Shown piece after piece: positions 11,038-28,252 of a stretch of DNA of 64,000 nucleotides. How positions within the stretch are numbered: position 1 is the stretch's first letter; each line of letters begins with the position of its first letter. The stretch is from Anaeramoeba ignava BMAN (taxonomy: Eukaryota; Protista; Anaeramoebae), in contig JAPDFW010000007.1 in NCBI GenBank assembly GCA_028826165.1, positions 1-64,000 of the forward strand. Reading direction: 5' to 3'. The notes beneath the pieces were generated by a model. That model saw only the letters and a list, made by a program, of their open reading frames with translations. It had not been told where the DNA came from and did no database searches. A program made the position numbers and the translations under genes.

Positions 11038-13890
11038 TTAATTAATTTAATTTAAAATTTAATTTATTTTTTTCTTCTTATTTTTTAATTTCATTTATCT
11101 AGGTTATTTATATATTTATTTTTATTTTTATTTTTATTCCATTTTATTTATTCCACTTTTTTTAATTATAATTATTTAGGATTAATTAATTTAAATTTAA
11201 TTTATTTTTTTCTTCTTATTTTTTAATTTCATTTATCTAGGTTATTTATATATTTATATTTATTTATTTTTATTTTTATTTTATTTATTTCCATTTTATT
11301 TAATTATAATTATTTAGGATTAATTAATTTAAAATTAAATTTATTTTTCTTCTTATTTTTTAATTTCATTTATCTAGGTTATTTATATATTTTTATTTAT
11401 TTTTATTTATTTTTATTTATTCCATTTTATTTATTCCACTTTTTAATTATAATTATTTAGGATTAATTAATTTAATTTTAATTTTAAATTTATTTTTTCT
11501 TCTTATTTTTAATTTCATTTATCTAGGTTATTTATATATATTTATATTTTTATTTTTATTTTTTTATTTATATTTATTCACTTTTTAATTATAATTATTT
11601 AGGATTAATTAATTTAAATTTAAATTTAATTTATTTTTTTCTTCTTATTTTTAATTTCATTTATCTAGGTTATTTATATATATTTTTATTTATTTTTATT
11701 TATTTATTCCATTTTATTTATTCCACTTTTTAATTATAATTATTCGGGATTAATTAATTAAATTTAAAATTTAAATTATTTTTCTTCTTATTTTTAATTT
11801 CGCATTTATCTAGGTTATTTATATTTATTTTTATTTTTATTTATTTTTATTTATTCCATTTTATTTATTTTTATTTATTTATTCCATTTTATTTATTCCA
11901 CTTTTTAATTATAATTATTTAGGATTAATTAATTTAATTTAAAATTTAATTTATTTTTCTTCTTATTTTTAATTTCATTTATCTAGGTTATTTATATTTA
12001 TTTATATATATATATTTATTTATTTTTATTTATATTCATTCCACTTTTATTTAATTATAATTATTTAGGATTAATTAATTTAATTTAATTTTAAATTATT
12101 TTTCTTCTTATTTTTAATTTCATTTATCTAGGTTATTTATATATTTTTATTTTTTTATTTTTATTTATTCCATTTTTAATTATAATTATTTAGGATTAAT
12201 TAATTTAATTTAATTTTAATTTATTTTTCTTCTTATTTTTAATTTCATTTATCTAGGTTATTTATATATATTTATATATTTTTATTTTTATTCCATTTTA
12301 TTTATTCCACTTTTTAATTATAATTATTTGGGATTAATTAATTTAAATTTAATTTTAATTTATTTTTCTTCTTATTTTTAATTTCATTTATCTAGGTTAT
12401 TTATATATATTTTTATTTTTATTTTTATTTATTCCATTTTTAATTATAATTATTTAGGATTAATTAATTTAATTTAATTTAATTTATTTTTCTTCTTATT
12501 TTTAATTTCATTTATCTAGGTTATTTTATATATTTATATTTATTTATTTTTATTTTTATTTTTATTTATTTATTTTTATTCCACTTTTTATATTTATTCC
12601 ACTTTATTTAATTATAATTATTTGGGATTAATTAATTTAAATTTAAATTAAATTTATTTTTTTCTTCTTATTTTTAATTTCATTTATCTAGGTTATTTAT
12701 ATATTTATATATTTATTTATTTTTATTTATTCCACTTTTTTTAATTATATTTATTCCACTTTATTTAATTATAATTATTTAGGATTAATTAATTTAATTT
12801 AATTTTAATTTATTTTTATTCCATTTTATTTATTCCATTTTATTTATTCCACTTTTTAATTATAATTATTTGGGATTAATTAATTTAAATTTAATTTATT
12901 TTTCTTCTTATTTTTAATTTCATTTATCTAGGTTATTTATATATTTATATATTTTTATTTATTTATTTTTATTTATTCCATTATTTTTATTCCATTTTTT
13001 AATTATAATTATTTAGGATTAATTAATTTTTAATTTAAAATTTAATTTATTTTTCTTCTTATTTTTTAATTTTCATTTATCTAGGTTATTTATATATTTA
13101 TATTTATTTTTTTTATTTTTTATTTTTATATATTTATTTTTATTTTTATTTTATATATTTATTTTTATTCCATTTTATTTATTCCATTTTTAATTATAAT
13201 TATTTAGGATTAATTAATTTAATTTAATTTTAATTTATTTTTCTTCTTATTTTTAATTTCATTTTTATCTAGGTTATTTTATATTTATATTTATTTATTT
13301 TTATTTTTATTTTTTTTTATTTATTTTTATTCCACTTTTATATTTATTCCACTTTATTTAATTATAATTATTTGGGATTAATTAATTTAAATTTAAATTA
13401 AATTTATTTTTTTCTTCTTATTTTTAATTTCATTTATCTAGGTTATTTTTTATATATTTATTTATTTTATTTTTATTTATTCCACTTTTTTTAATTATAT
13501 TTATTCCACTTTATTTAATTATAATTATTTAGGATTAATTAATTTAATTTAATTTTAATTTTTGATTTTATTTTTATTCCATTTTATTTATTCCATTTTA
13601 TTTATTCCACTTTATTTAATTATAATTATTTGGGATTAATTAATTTAAATTTAAATTTAATTTTATTTTTAATTTCATTTATCTAGGTTATTTATATATT
13701 TATATTTTTATTTTTATTTATTCCACTTTTTAATTATATTTATTCCACTTTATTTAATTATAATTATTTAGGATTAATTAATTTAATTTTAATTTAAATT
13801 TATTTTTCTTCTTATTTTTAATTTCATTTATCTAGGTTATTTATATATTTATATATATATTTATTTTTATTCCATTTTTATTCCACTTTT
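11033..13890. repeat. Tandem array of the tRNA 5'-flank, ~125-175-bp unit, about 18-20 copies
   Basis: Conserved blocks ggattaattaattt, ttcttcttatttttaatttcatttatctaggttattt and ttccactttttaattataattattt are separated by length-variable AT runs. Confidence 0.92.
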
Positions 13891-13957
13891 TATTTTTATT
13901 GAATAACGAATTTAATCCAAAAAAGTAAAAATAAAAATAATTTCAAAATATGAATTG

Positions 13958-14408
13958 TTTAATTTTAATTTTAATTTTAATTTTAATTTTAATTTTTAAT
14001 TTTTAATTTTAATTTTAATTTTAATTTTAATTTTAATTTTAATTTTAATTTTAATTTTAATTTTAATTTTTAATTTTTTGATTTTAATTTTAATTTTAAT
14101 TTTAATTTTAATTTTGATTTTAATTTTAATTTTAATTTTAATTTTAATTTTAATTTTGATTTTAATTTTAATTTTAATTTTAATTTTAATTTTAATTTTA
14201 ATTTTGATTTTAATTTTAATTTTAATTTTAATTTTGATTTTAATTTTGATTTTAATTTTAATTTTGATTTTAATTTTAATTTTAATTTTAATTTTAATTT
14301 TAATTTTAATTTTAATTTTAATTTTGATTTTAATTTTAATTTGAATTTGAATTTTAATTTTTAATTTTAATTTTTAATTTTAATTTTAATTTTAATTTTG
14401 ATTTTGAT
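13958..14408. repeat. (TTTTAA/TTTTGA)n hexamer microsatellite at the 3' end of an RCC1-BTB gene
   Basis: Read directly from the sequence. It explains the poly-IL ORF 14078..14344. Confidence 0.95.
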
Positions 14409-16186
14409 TATTAAATTTGTTAATTAATAAATCAAATAAATTTGGATATGTTTGATTTAATTGAAAATAATCAATTCCAATTTGAATTTCATTAATAATT
14501 TCTTGTGTAATTTGAATTCCTTCTTTAATTTTATTTGAATAAATCCAATATTCTAAATATTTGAAATGATTTATTACTTAATTCACTATAATCTGTAACT
14601 TTATTTGATTTATCTTCAGTTACAGATAAAAACATTCCTCGATATAATTCACTTCTCATTATTAATATTAATTTAGGAAATTTATATTTCTTTTCTTTTC
14701 TTTCAATTATAAAATCTTTTTCATTTTCATTTTCATTTTCATTTAAATAAATTCTTTTCATTGTTTCTTCAATTTTTTCATTGGAATTTATAATTTCTTT
14801 AATTTCTGAATATAATTTTGGATTTATTTTAGAATTATTTGAATAAATCATTTCAAATATTTGATTTGATTCTTTAATTGATTTTTTTGAAATAATTTCT
14901 TGAAGTTTTTCAATTTTATTTTGATTTTGATTTAATCTATATTTTAATATTAATTTATGAGCTTTGATTATTTCTCCATTTTTGGTTTTAAATGAAATAT
15001 CACAAAATTCTTTTCTTTCAAATAATTTTATCAAATCTTCTTCAAGATTGGAAAAAGAAAAAGGAGAATAATAAATAAATGAATTTCGATATCCACAAGA
15101 AATATGATAACTAGAAATATCTTTATTAAATCTTAATTTAGGAAGTTCAATTTGAATTGGAATTAATTGACTCCGATTTGTCTTTCCAGTTCCTAATTGA
15201 CCAAATAAATTACCTCCAAAACCAATTAATTTTAAATGGGAAGTTAAAATCAAAGTATGAGCATTTCCAACAGAAAAATCAATAATATAATCATTTTCGA
15301 ATAAAGTTAATTTGATTTCAGTAAATTCATAACTTTTTTCAGCATGTTGGCCAAGTCCATTATATTCATAATTTCCACATGAATAAAGTTTTCTTTTTGG
15401 ATTTTGATTTTGATTTTCATTTTCAATCAACATTATTGAATGAGTCGATCCACATTGAATATCAATTATTTTGCCTTTTGGAATATTTTGTAATTGTGTT
15501 AATTTTTGGATTTTTATTTTTCTTCTTGATTCTCCTAGTCCAAGTTGGCCAAATTTATTATTTCCGCATCCAAATAATTCTTGATTTGAATTTAAGAGAA
15601 AAATAGAATTCGAAGTATTTCCTGAAAATATTTTAGAAACATTTTTCATTATTAAAATTGGCTTTTGTGTTTCATTAAGTGTTTCAGAATCAAAACCAAG
15701 TTGACCATTTTGATTTGAACCAATTCCATAAGCATTTTGATTTGAAGTTAATAAGTAAATAGAACTGTGTCCAGAAACAATATCTTCAATTATTTTATCA
15801 TTTGTATCTTCAATTAATGATGAAATATTGATAAATTCTTTTGGATTATTTGGATTAATATCTTTTCCTTTGGCAAATACATTTCCTTCTATTGTTAAAA
15901 TAGCTTCATTTTGAAAACCAACAGTTACTTTTTGAATATTTTCTTCAATTTGGATTTTTGAAGGATTTTGTTTTAAATCATTTTCATTTAAATATTCTAT
16001 TGCTTTTCCATTTTTGAAAAGGAAAATTATTGAATAACTTCCTGATGAAATTTGTTTAATTTGTTTTTCATTTTCATTTTCATTTTCATTTTCAAATTTA
16101 AATTGAATTGGTCTTATTATTTCATATGATTTATTTCTGATAAGAGTTGGTTGATAATTTCTTCCAAAAAATAAACAATCATTCAT
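14391..16186 (-). CDS. RCC1-repeat/BTB-BTB protein
   Basis: 551-aa ORF with RCC1 motifs (GSNQNGQLG, GCGNNKFGQLGLG, IQCGSTHS) and two BTB domains. One extra base near 14554 shifts the frame; the corrected end is EYWIYSNKIK...GIDYFQLNQTYPNLFDLLINKFNNQNQN*. Confidence 0.88.
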
Positions 16187-16272
16187 TTTTAAAAAAGAAA
16201 AAAAAATGAAAAAAAATTTGGGATTTTAAATAATTTTTTAATTGAGAATTTGAAAAAGAATGGAAGAAAAAA

Positions 16273-17298
16273 AGGATTTAAAAACTTTTTTATTATTAAT
16301 AATAAATTAATATTATTAAAAATAAAGATATAAAATTAATTAAAATATTTTATTTATTATTTTACTTATTTTTAATAATAATTGATTTATTATTTTGCAT
16401 TAAAATTAATTAAGAAATGATTTAAAAACTTTTTTATTATTAATAATAAATTAATATTATTAAAAATAAAGAAATAAAATTAATTAAAATATTTTATTTA
16501 TTATTTTACTTAATTTTTAATAATAATTAATTTATTATTTTGCATTAAAATTAATTAAGGAATGATTTAAAAACTTTTTATTATTAATAATAAATTAATA
16601 TTATTAAAAATAAAGATATAAAATTAATTAAAATATTTTATTTATTATTTTACTTATTTTTAATAATAATTGATTTATTATTTTGCATTAAAATTAATTA
16701 AGAAAGGATTTAAAAACTTTTTATTATTAATAATAAATTAAAATTATTAAAAATAAAGATATAAAATTAATTAAAATATTTTATTTATTATTTTACTTAA
16801 TTTTTAATAATAATTAATTTATTATTTTGCAATAAAATTAATTAAGAAAGGATTTAAAAACTTTTTATTATTAATAATAAATTAATATTATTAAAAATAA
16901 AGATATAAAATTAATTAAAATATTTTATTTATTATTTTACTTAATTTTTAATAATAATTGATTTATTATTTTGCATTAAAATTAATTAAGGAATGATTTA
17001 AAAACTTTTTATTATTAATAATAAATTAAAATTATTAAAAATAAAGATATAAAATTAATTAAAATATTTTATTTATTATTTTACTTAATTTTTAATAATA
17101 ATTGATTTATTATTTTTGCAATAAAATTAATTAAGAAAGGATTTAAAAACTTTTTTTATTATTAATAATAAATTAATATTATTAAAAATAAAGATATAAA
17201 ATTAATTAAAATATTTTATTTATTTTTACTTAATTTTTAATAATAATTGATTTATTATTTTGCATTAAAATTAATTAAGGAAGGATTTAAAACTTTTT
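16273..17298. repeat. Tandem array, ~144-bp unit, about 7 copies, upstream of RCC1-BTB
   Basis: The unit gatttaaaaactttttattattaataata…ttttgcattaaaattaattaag starts near 16273, 16415, 16559, 16702, 16847, 16990 and 17136. Confidence 0.93.
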
Positions 17299-17404
17299 TC
17301 ATTTTTTTATTTTTTTATTTTTTATTTTTAAATTAAAAAGAAAAGAAAATTAAATAAAAATTTTAAAAACAAAAATATAAAAAAATAAAGAGAAAATGTT
17401 ATTT

Positions 17405-17790
17405 AAAATATAAAATAATTTATTTATAAAATTTATAAAAAGATTTTATTATCCAAATTAATTTAAAAATGAATTAAAAATCAATATAATTTTAAATCAA
17501 AAAAAAATCAAATTTAATTAATTTTACTTCCAAAAATAAAATAATATTAAATAATAATATTATAATTAATTTTAAATTATAAATCATTTTGAAATAAATT
17601 ATTAATATAAAATATAATTTTATTATTTATTTTTCTTATTAAACAATCAATAAAATAATTTGAACATTTTTAATATAAATTTAATCAAAAATTTAAATAA
17701 TAAAAACTAAAAATAAAATATAAAATAATTTATTTATAAAATTTATAAAAAGGTTTTATTATCCAAATTAATTTAAAAATGAATTAAAAA
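17405..17790. repeat. Direct duplication of ~75 bp (about 17405-17480 and 17715-17790)
   Basis: aaaatataaaataatttatttataaaatttataaaaag(a/g)ttttattatccaaattaatttaaaaatgaattaaaaat occurs twice. Confidence 0.85.
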
Positions 17791-17919
17791 TAAACAATAA
17801 ATAATTTATTTAATTGATATCTATTTATAGATTTGAAAATTCCCAAAAAAAAAATTTGTTTTTTTCTGTAATAATTAAATTTGAATTTAAATTTAAAACA
17901 GATTTTTTTTTTGATTAAT

Positions 17920-18800
17920 AATTGGATTTTATTTATTTATATTTATAAATAGTTGATCAAAATCCTATCATTAATAAAAAATAAAATTCAATCATAAATA
18001 AATATTATCCTTAATTCCCTACAAATTGAAAAAAAAATCAAAAATATTAGAAGATAAAAATATATTAAATCTTTTTTACTTTAACTCAAGGATTTACTTT
18101 TCGAAAATTGGAATTGTTAGATTCATAGTTTACAAATAAAAATTATTATTTTTGGAATCAAAAAAATATGAAGAAAATCTATAATCACTTATCTTAAGTA
18201 ATAATTTCTCAATAAAAATAACTCAAATTCAAAATAGGAAAAAATTAAAGAATAAAAACTGTTTTATTCTATATTCTATTGTGAATAACCAAAAATGGAA
18301 TTCTCGATAAAACATTAAAAAGTTTTCCCTTTAAAAATTAATTTCTGAATCATTTAGTTTCCTAGATCAAACGATTCATATTTTCCTTCAAAAAATGTGA
18401 AACAATTCCAAAATAAAGTATTGAGTTGTTTGGAGCATTGAAAAGGAAATCATGTTTATTTCCCTAATTTTTGTTCATTCAAATCATAAGATCATATCAA
18501 AAAAAAGTTGCAAAAAAAAGGAAAAAAAAAGGATAATATTGATGATTTTCTTAATGAAAGAAAATATATAAAGAAAAGGATTTCCTAAAAAAAAAAAGAT
18601 TTTCATCTCACAATTATTGATGTCGAGAAGTTTCTAAAGGGAAAAAACTAGAAACTTTAATCAAAGATTTTGGATCGAGATTAATTAATTAATTAATTCT
18701 TATTCATTCACAACCTTATCTGAATAAACGAACTTCTTGATTAATAATGTATGTTCCAAATGCAAGAATATGTGGAGAAATTATCTTATTTGAGTTTTTA
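17920..18800 (+). mobile_element. Probable highly decayed DDE_Tnp_4 (IS5/PIF-Harbinger/ISL2EU-like) transposase relic 1
   Basis: Fragments across frameshifts appear in the expected order: ILEDKNILNLFY/LTQGFTFRKLELL (HTH-like), GILDKT, EIMFISLIFVHSNH and KGF. Confidence 0.35.
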
Positions 18801-18985
18801 TATCTCAATTAAAATGGAATGAAGAATAAGTTTAATTAATTAATTAATTTTTTTTTTGGAATTGAATTATTTTGAAGATAATACACATATTAGAATACAT
18901 ATTTCAAATAGAAATTAGTTTAAAAAAATAATTATAATTTTATTCACAAAAATCTTCTTTTCTATATGAAAAAAAAAAGAAGAAA

Positions 18986-19470
18986 ATGGATCATCTCAAT
19001 CTTTATCAAGAAGTGATGAAAAAATCAAACAATTTTTAATTGTTTAAGGAAAGGAGAAAGAAAGGAAATTTTTTGAAGAAATTATTGAGAAATTTGAAAA
19101 TTCAAGAATGAAAAATCCTAGAATAATCAAAAGAAGAAAGCTCAAGAAGGAAGAACTAATAATGGATTTAAGAAATCAAATATTATTAGTTCTTACATGG
19201 ATTTATAATAATTTAAATTATGTTCTTATAATTATGTTCTTCAAAATTTTCATTATTTCATTAATTTGATAATATATCCAAAAATTAATTTGAGAATTAG
19301 AAAATTTTTTCAATTTAGAAATAATTAATTTGGGAATTATAAAAATTTTGTAGCAAAGAAAAGAAGAAAAATAAATTAGGATTTTAAATATTGTATAAGG
19401 ATTATTGATAGGAAAAGAAGCGCTGAAGAATAAATATTTTTTTTAATCAAAAAAAAAGATAGATAGATGT
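18986..19470 (+). mobile_element. Probable decayed DDE_Tnp_4-like transposase relic 2 (5' part)
   Basis: ERKFFEEIIEKFE...MDLRNQILLVLTWIYNNLNY (HTH_Tnp_4-like) is followed by DFKYCIRIID, which resembles the FPxCxGIID first-catalytic-Asp motif. Confidence 0.4.
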
Positions 19471-19631
19471 TCTTTAATAATGAAATCAATTTTTGGTTTT
19501 GGTTTTATTGGAAAAAATAATAATTAAAGAAGAAAAAAAAATTGAGGAAAATAAATTCAAAAACAAAAAACAATTTCCAAATTAAAAAATTCATTTTTTC
19601 ATTTTTTCATTTTTTTTAATAATTAAAAAAT

Positions 19632-24110
<4,479 letters not shown>

Positions 24111-24141
24111 ATAAAATTCAAAATTTAAAATTATTTTTAAA

Positions 24142-26060
24142 TTATTTATTTAATGATTTGCAATAAACTTCATAATATTTAGAACATTTAGGCCAACAAT
24201 AATTATCAAACTTATTATTTTTATTTTTATTATTATAAAAAAATAAAAGAAAATTAATTAATAAAATAATAAAAAAATTTGATTTTGGAATTTTAAGTTT
24301 ACTTTCACTTCTTTTTCTTCATAATTAATAATTTTTCCTTTTAAATTTTTTGAAGGTGAACCAAAAATAGTTTCTGTTATATCAACTTGATGTAAAATTA
24401 ATCTTTTTTCAAAATTAATGTAAAATCCTTTATAAAATTGGAACTCAACAATATCTCCTTTTTTTGGAGATGGAATATTTAATATTTGATCTAATTTTTG
24501 TTCTAAATTTTTAATTCTTTTTTCATAATCTTCTTTTTCTTCTTTTAATTTTTCAATGTATTTTTCTTTTTCTTCTTCTAATTCAATCAATCTATATTTA
24601 GTATTTGATATGATTTGGTGAATTTCTTTTTGATTTTCAATTTTTAATTGATTAATTCTTTCTTCTAAATTTATCATTTCTTTTTCAATTTCATTTTTAA
24701 TTTTAGTTGATTTTTTTAATTTTGTTGGAATTTCAGTTATAAAAAATCCTTCAAATGTTTGATTTAATAACAATTTAATTGCATTTAAAAATTCAATCAC
24801 AAAATTTTCTGGATTTTTATCACAATATTCTTGAAAGTTTTTTAAATTAATTCCTTCATCTTCTTTTAAATTTAAATATTTAAACAAATTATCAATTTTT
24901 TCATCAATCTCTTTTTTTGGAAATAATTGTTGAATTCCTTTATAAAATTTATCTTTATATTCTTGATTTAAATTTTCTATATAATCATTAATATTTCCAA
25001 CAAATTTTTTGAATTCTAAACAATTAATTAAGAAATATATATCTTGAATAAGTTTATCTAATTGATCTTTATCCAATATTTTGTTTTCATTCCTAAAATT
25101 TGAATTTAAATAAATTAGATTTAATTGAATTTAAATAAATTAGATTTAATTGAATTACAAATTCCAAGAATTAAAAAGAATAGTAATTTGTTGATTTGAA
25201 TCACTTGTTGAAAATTCAAGAATTTCTTTCATAATTTTGATAATATTTAGTGGTTCTTCAGGGTTACTAAAATTAATTATGTATCAAAAAATAACATCAA
25301 TTTCAAGTTGAATTATTTTTAATTAAATTTTTTTTTGATTAATTGATTGAAATTACAGATTAAATATTTGACAAAAAATTGATCCACTTTTTTTTTCAAG
25401 TCCAAATTTGTGTTGAATAAATTCTAAATTTGTTTTTTGTTTTAAATTTCGATTTTCATTTAAATTTCCATTTTCATTTAAATTTCCATTTTCATTTAAA
25501 TTTTCATTTAAATTTTCATTTAAATTTTCATTTTCATTTAAATTTTCATTTTCATTTTCAACTATTTTCGATAAATTATCTAAATATTCTTTTATTTTTT
25601 CATTTCCAAAATGTGGTTTTATTGGAGTTAATGGAATAACTCTCATAGATCCATTTAAAATGGATATTTCAATATTTAAATCTTCAATATAATCATTTAA
25701 TTTAAAATTATATTTTTCAAATTTTTCTTTAATTTTTTTAGAATGAAAAAACTTGGAAATTTTGTGTTTCATTTCAAATTCTTCAATAAGCTTTTGAATT
25801 TGTTGAATTGTTTCAAAAATATTATTTAAAATTGAAAGAGAAATTTTTTTATTATCAAATTTTTTGATTTCTTTTTTTTTTTTAAATTAATTTTTTTGGT
25901 TTTAATTTTTTAATTTTGATTTTTTACTTTTTAAATGTTTTTCAAGTGAATTTATTTTTTGAATTAATTTCTTTGCTTCTTTTTCTGTTTCTTTTAATTC
26001 TTCAAATTTATTTTTTAACCAATTTCCAATTTCAAAAATTTTATCAATAAATTCAACCAT
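24142..26060 (-). CDS. MLKL N-terminal four-helix-bundle-like domain + NCS/calcineurin-B-like EF-hands + coiled coil (5 exons)
   Basis: Exons 26060-25928, 25870-25357, 25266-25159, 25092-~24303 and 24210-24142 join in frame through GT-AG introns. The N-terminus MVEFIDKIFEIGNWLKNKFEELKETEKEAKKLIQKINSLEKHL...IEEFEMKHKISKFFHSKKIKEKFEKYNFKLNDYIEDL follows the MLKL helix pattern. LFNSWNLNENKILDKDQL and LFKYLNLKEDEGINLKNF are EF-hand-like. Confidence 0.75.
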
Positions 26061-26093
26061 TTTTTTTAAAAAATGAAAAATGAAAAATGAAAA

Positions 26094-27322
26094 ATGAAAA
26101 CAAATAATCTTAAATTTTTTGATTCAATTTCAACTTTAAAAGGCTCAGAAGAATTTGAAAAAGAAAATGGATCTTTTATATTTTATGCTCTAAAAAACAA
26201 TTCATCAAATGAAATTATTCAAAAACTTATTGAAAAAGGAACATCCATAAATTGGATTGACTATTATAAAAATGCACCTTTACATATTGCTTTACAAAAT
26301 AAATATTCAAATCAAATTATTGAATTATTAATTTGCAAAGAATCTAATATTAATTCCAAAAATAATAAAAATGAAATACCTTTACATATTGCTTTAAAAA
26401 ATAAATATTCAAATGAAATCAAAATTCTTTTAATGAGAGATTTGAATATTTTTGAATTGGAAAAAAGCCAAATTACTCAAGAAATGATTGATTTATTTCC
26501 AAAAATTTATTCATTTAATGAAGATTTAAACAATTTTTTGAAATCAAATGAATTTACAAATATTGAAATTAAAAGTAATGATGGTGAAATAATCAAATTT
26601 CATAAACAAATTTTATTAATTAGATTTAATAATAATCCAAAAATTTTAACAAAATTTATTAATATTTGCAGAAGAAAACCAAAAGAAATTATTCAATTTG
26701 CATTAAATTTTCTTTATACAGGATTTATTGATTTTGATAAATTTATTGAAAAATTTAATCAAAAATTTATTCAAAAATCACAAATTTATTCAGATTATCA
26801 ATTCTTTTTTCAAATTAAATTGAATTTTGAAGAACAAAAAGAAGAAGAATTAATTTTAAATGAAATTGAAATTGAAAATGAAAAATATGAAAAATATTAA
26901 TTTATGATTTATTTAAAGAAAATGGATTTGATTCTAAATGGATTAAAGAAAAAGAAGGAATAAGAGGAATATTAAAAGATTTTGGAAAATTATATGAACA
27001 AAATGAAACCAAAGATTTTACAATAATTGTTGAAGAAAAAGAAATCAAAGTTCATAAATTAATATTACAAATAAGAAGTGAATTATTCAAAGGAATGTTT
27101 TTATTAAATACATCAGATTCAACTAATCAAGTTCATGATTATTCAGAAAAATCATTTGAAACAATTAATCAATTAATTCATTTTCTTTATAATGATAAAA
27201 TTGATAAAACAAAAATAACCAAAGAAAATATTTCAGAATATATTGATATTTCAGAATATTATCAATTAAATCAAAATTCAATTTTTAATAAATTTTTACT
27301 TAATTTTGTTTTAAAAATTTAA
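26094..27322 (+). CDS. Ankyrin-BTB-BTB copy B with only ~2 ankyrin units, 5'-truncated, frameshifted
   Basis: It has the same N-cap (KTNNLKFFDSI) and BTB region as copies A and C but lacks the first ~13 codons. There is a frameshift at about 26810-26900. Confidence 0.75.
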
Positions 27323-27394
27323 ATAAAAATTGAATTGGAACGATAATTTATTTTTCGGTTTTCCTTTTTATTCATAAAACAAATTAATGAACAA

Positions 27395-28250
27395 CAAATA
27401 ATTATAATTTATTTTAATTTATTTTAAAATTATAACAAAATATTTGTAAAATTGATTAATATCTTAAATATTTATTATTTCAATTTCTATATTTTATTTA
27501 TTAAATATTTGATTTATTTTATTTTCTTTAAAAATAGAAATTAATTATAATTATTTATAATTTATCAAAAAACAAAATATTTATAAAATTGATTATTATC
27601 TTAATATTTATTATTTCAATTTTTATATTTTATTTTATTAAATATTTATTTTATCCCAAAATTTAAAATGGAAATTAATTATAATTTATTTATAATTTAT
27701 TTTTAAATTATACAAAAATATTTGTAAAATTGATTAATGATTAATAATTATTTAAAAAACTTGCATTTATTTTATTAAATATTTTGATTTATTTTATCCC
27801 AAAATTTAAAATAGAAATTAATTATAATTTATTTATAATTTATTTTAAAATTATAAAAATATTTATCAAATTGATTAATATCTTAATATATTATTCAATT
27901 TTTATCAAATTAAATATTTTGATTTATTTTATCCCAAAATTTAAATGGAAATTAATTTATAATTTATTTAATTTATTTTAAAAATTATAAATTTATTGTT
28001 ATTTTTCTCGAATTTTTTTTTTTCCTTTTTTTTGTTTAAATAAAAATAAAAAAGTGGAATTTGATCAAAAAGAAATAAAAATAAAATAAAATAAAAATTG
28101 GATTATGTCTCATTTTTAAAATTTTTAATTGAATAAATTGAATGAAATCATTCATTTTAATTGATTTAAAAGAAAAAGAATAAAATTTTTCATTTTTCAT
28201 TTCTTTTCTTTATTTTTATTTTTAAATTTGTTTAAAAATAAATTTTTAAA
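27395..28250. repeat. Inverted, degenerate copy of the copy-A upstream region (promoter plus ~147-bp array, about 4 units)
   Basis: It matches the reverse complement of about 9090-10000, for example aaagtggaatttgatcaaaaa against tttttgatcaaattccacttt, and ttgattaatatcttaa units. Confidence 0.8.
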
Positions 28251-28252
28251 TA

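Noticed and set aside
11033-13890. CRISPR-like array (conserved blocks with variable gaps)
   Set aside because: The gaps are homologous low-complexity AT runs rather than unique spacers. There are no cas genes and the context is eukaryotic.
13958-14408. Interstitial telomere repeat
   Set aside because: There is no G-rich strand, and the same hexamer occurs in introns and coding tracts.
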